16,763 nt of DNA from Oligoflexales bacterium (GTDB lineage Bacteria; Bdellovibrionota_B; Oligoflexia; Oligoflexales; CAIYRB01), in NCBI GenBank assembly GCA_041736175.1, contig JBGSUI010000213.1:1-16763 (forward strand), read 5' to 3'. A program made the translations under genes and the position numbers. Under the pieces are notes generated by a model. That model saw only the letters and a program-made list of their open reading frames with translations. It was not told the origin of the DNA and did not search any database. Every line of letters starts with the position of its first letter. The stretch's first letter is position 1. This document shows positions 16,623 to 16,763 of this stretch, one piece after another.

Positions 16623-16763
16623 CTTAGATCTTGCAATGCAGAAGATCTATTTATATGAAACGTGTGTTTTCTGCGGAATATCAGCTTAATTTCCCGCTTT
16701 TATCATAGCCGAGGACCACTAGCCAGATTTTAGAGTTTTGTGTTTGAGCATCTTTTTGAATTT

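Noticed and set aside
759..16689. Remaining short ORFs in the six-frame track nested in or antisense to the called genes
   Set aside because: They have no recognisable motifs and overlap well-supported CDSs.

Overview
Mostly core-genome DNA from a moderately GC-rich Gram-negative bacterium. The gene style suggests Oligoflexia/Bdellovibrionota or another former deltaproteobacterium, but this is an impression and was not tested. The left edge holds a minus-strand sigma70 promoter with a boxA antitermination leader, typical of an rRNA operon whose 16S gene would start just outside the window. Next come a SWIM-SNF2 helicase, murA (Asp at the catalytic Cys position), a FadL-like outer-membrane barrel, a Pro-rich probable lipoprotein, gltX (minus strand), a tandem-domain QueD/PTPS-family protein, and an olsB/olsA-like acyltransferase pair. 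These are followed by an AAA_14-DUF4143 ATPase, an M14 zinc carboxypeptidase, a hypothetical secreted/barrel protein (minus strand), an orphan TrpG/PabA glutaminase, and a 5'-truncated second DUF4143 gene. The most striking feature is that the AAA-DUF4143 gene and its own promoter lie between two identical 26-bp direct repeats with a palindromic core. These repeats duplicate the last codons of the upstream acyltransferase, and both copies end in a stop at the same position. The arrangement looks like a 1327-bp, integrase-less, attL/attR-bounded single-gene islet.
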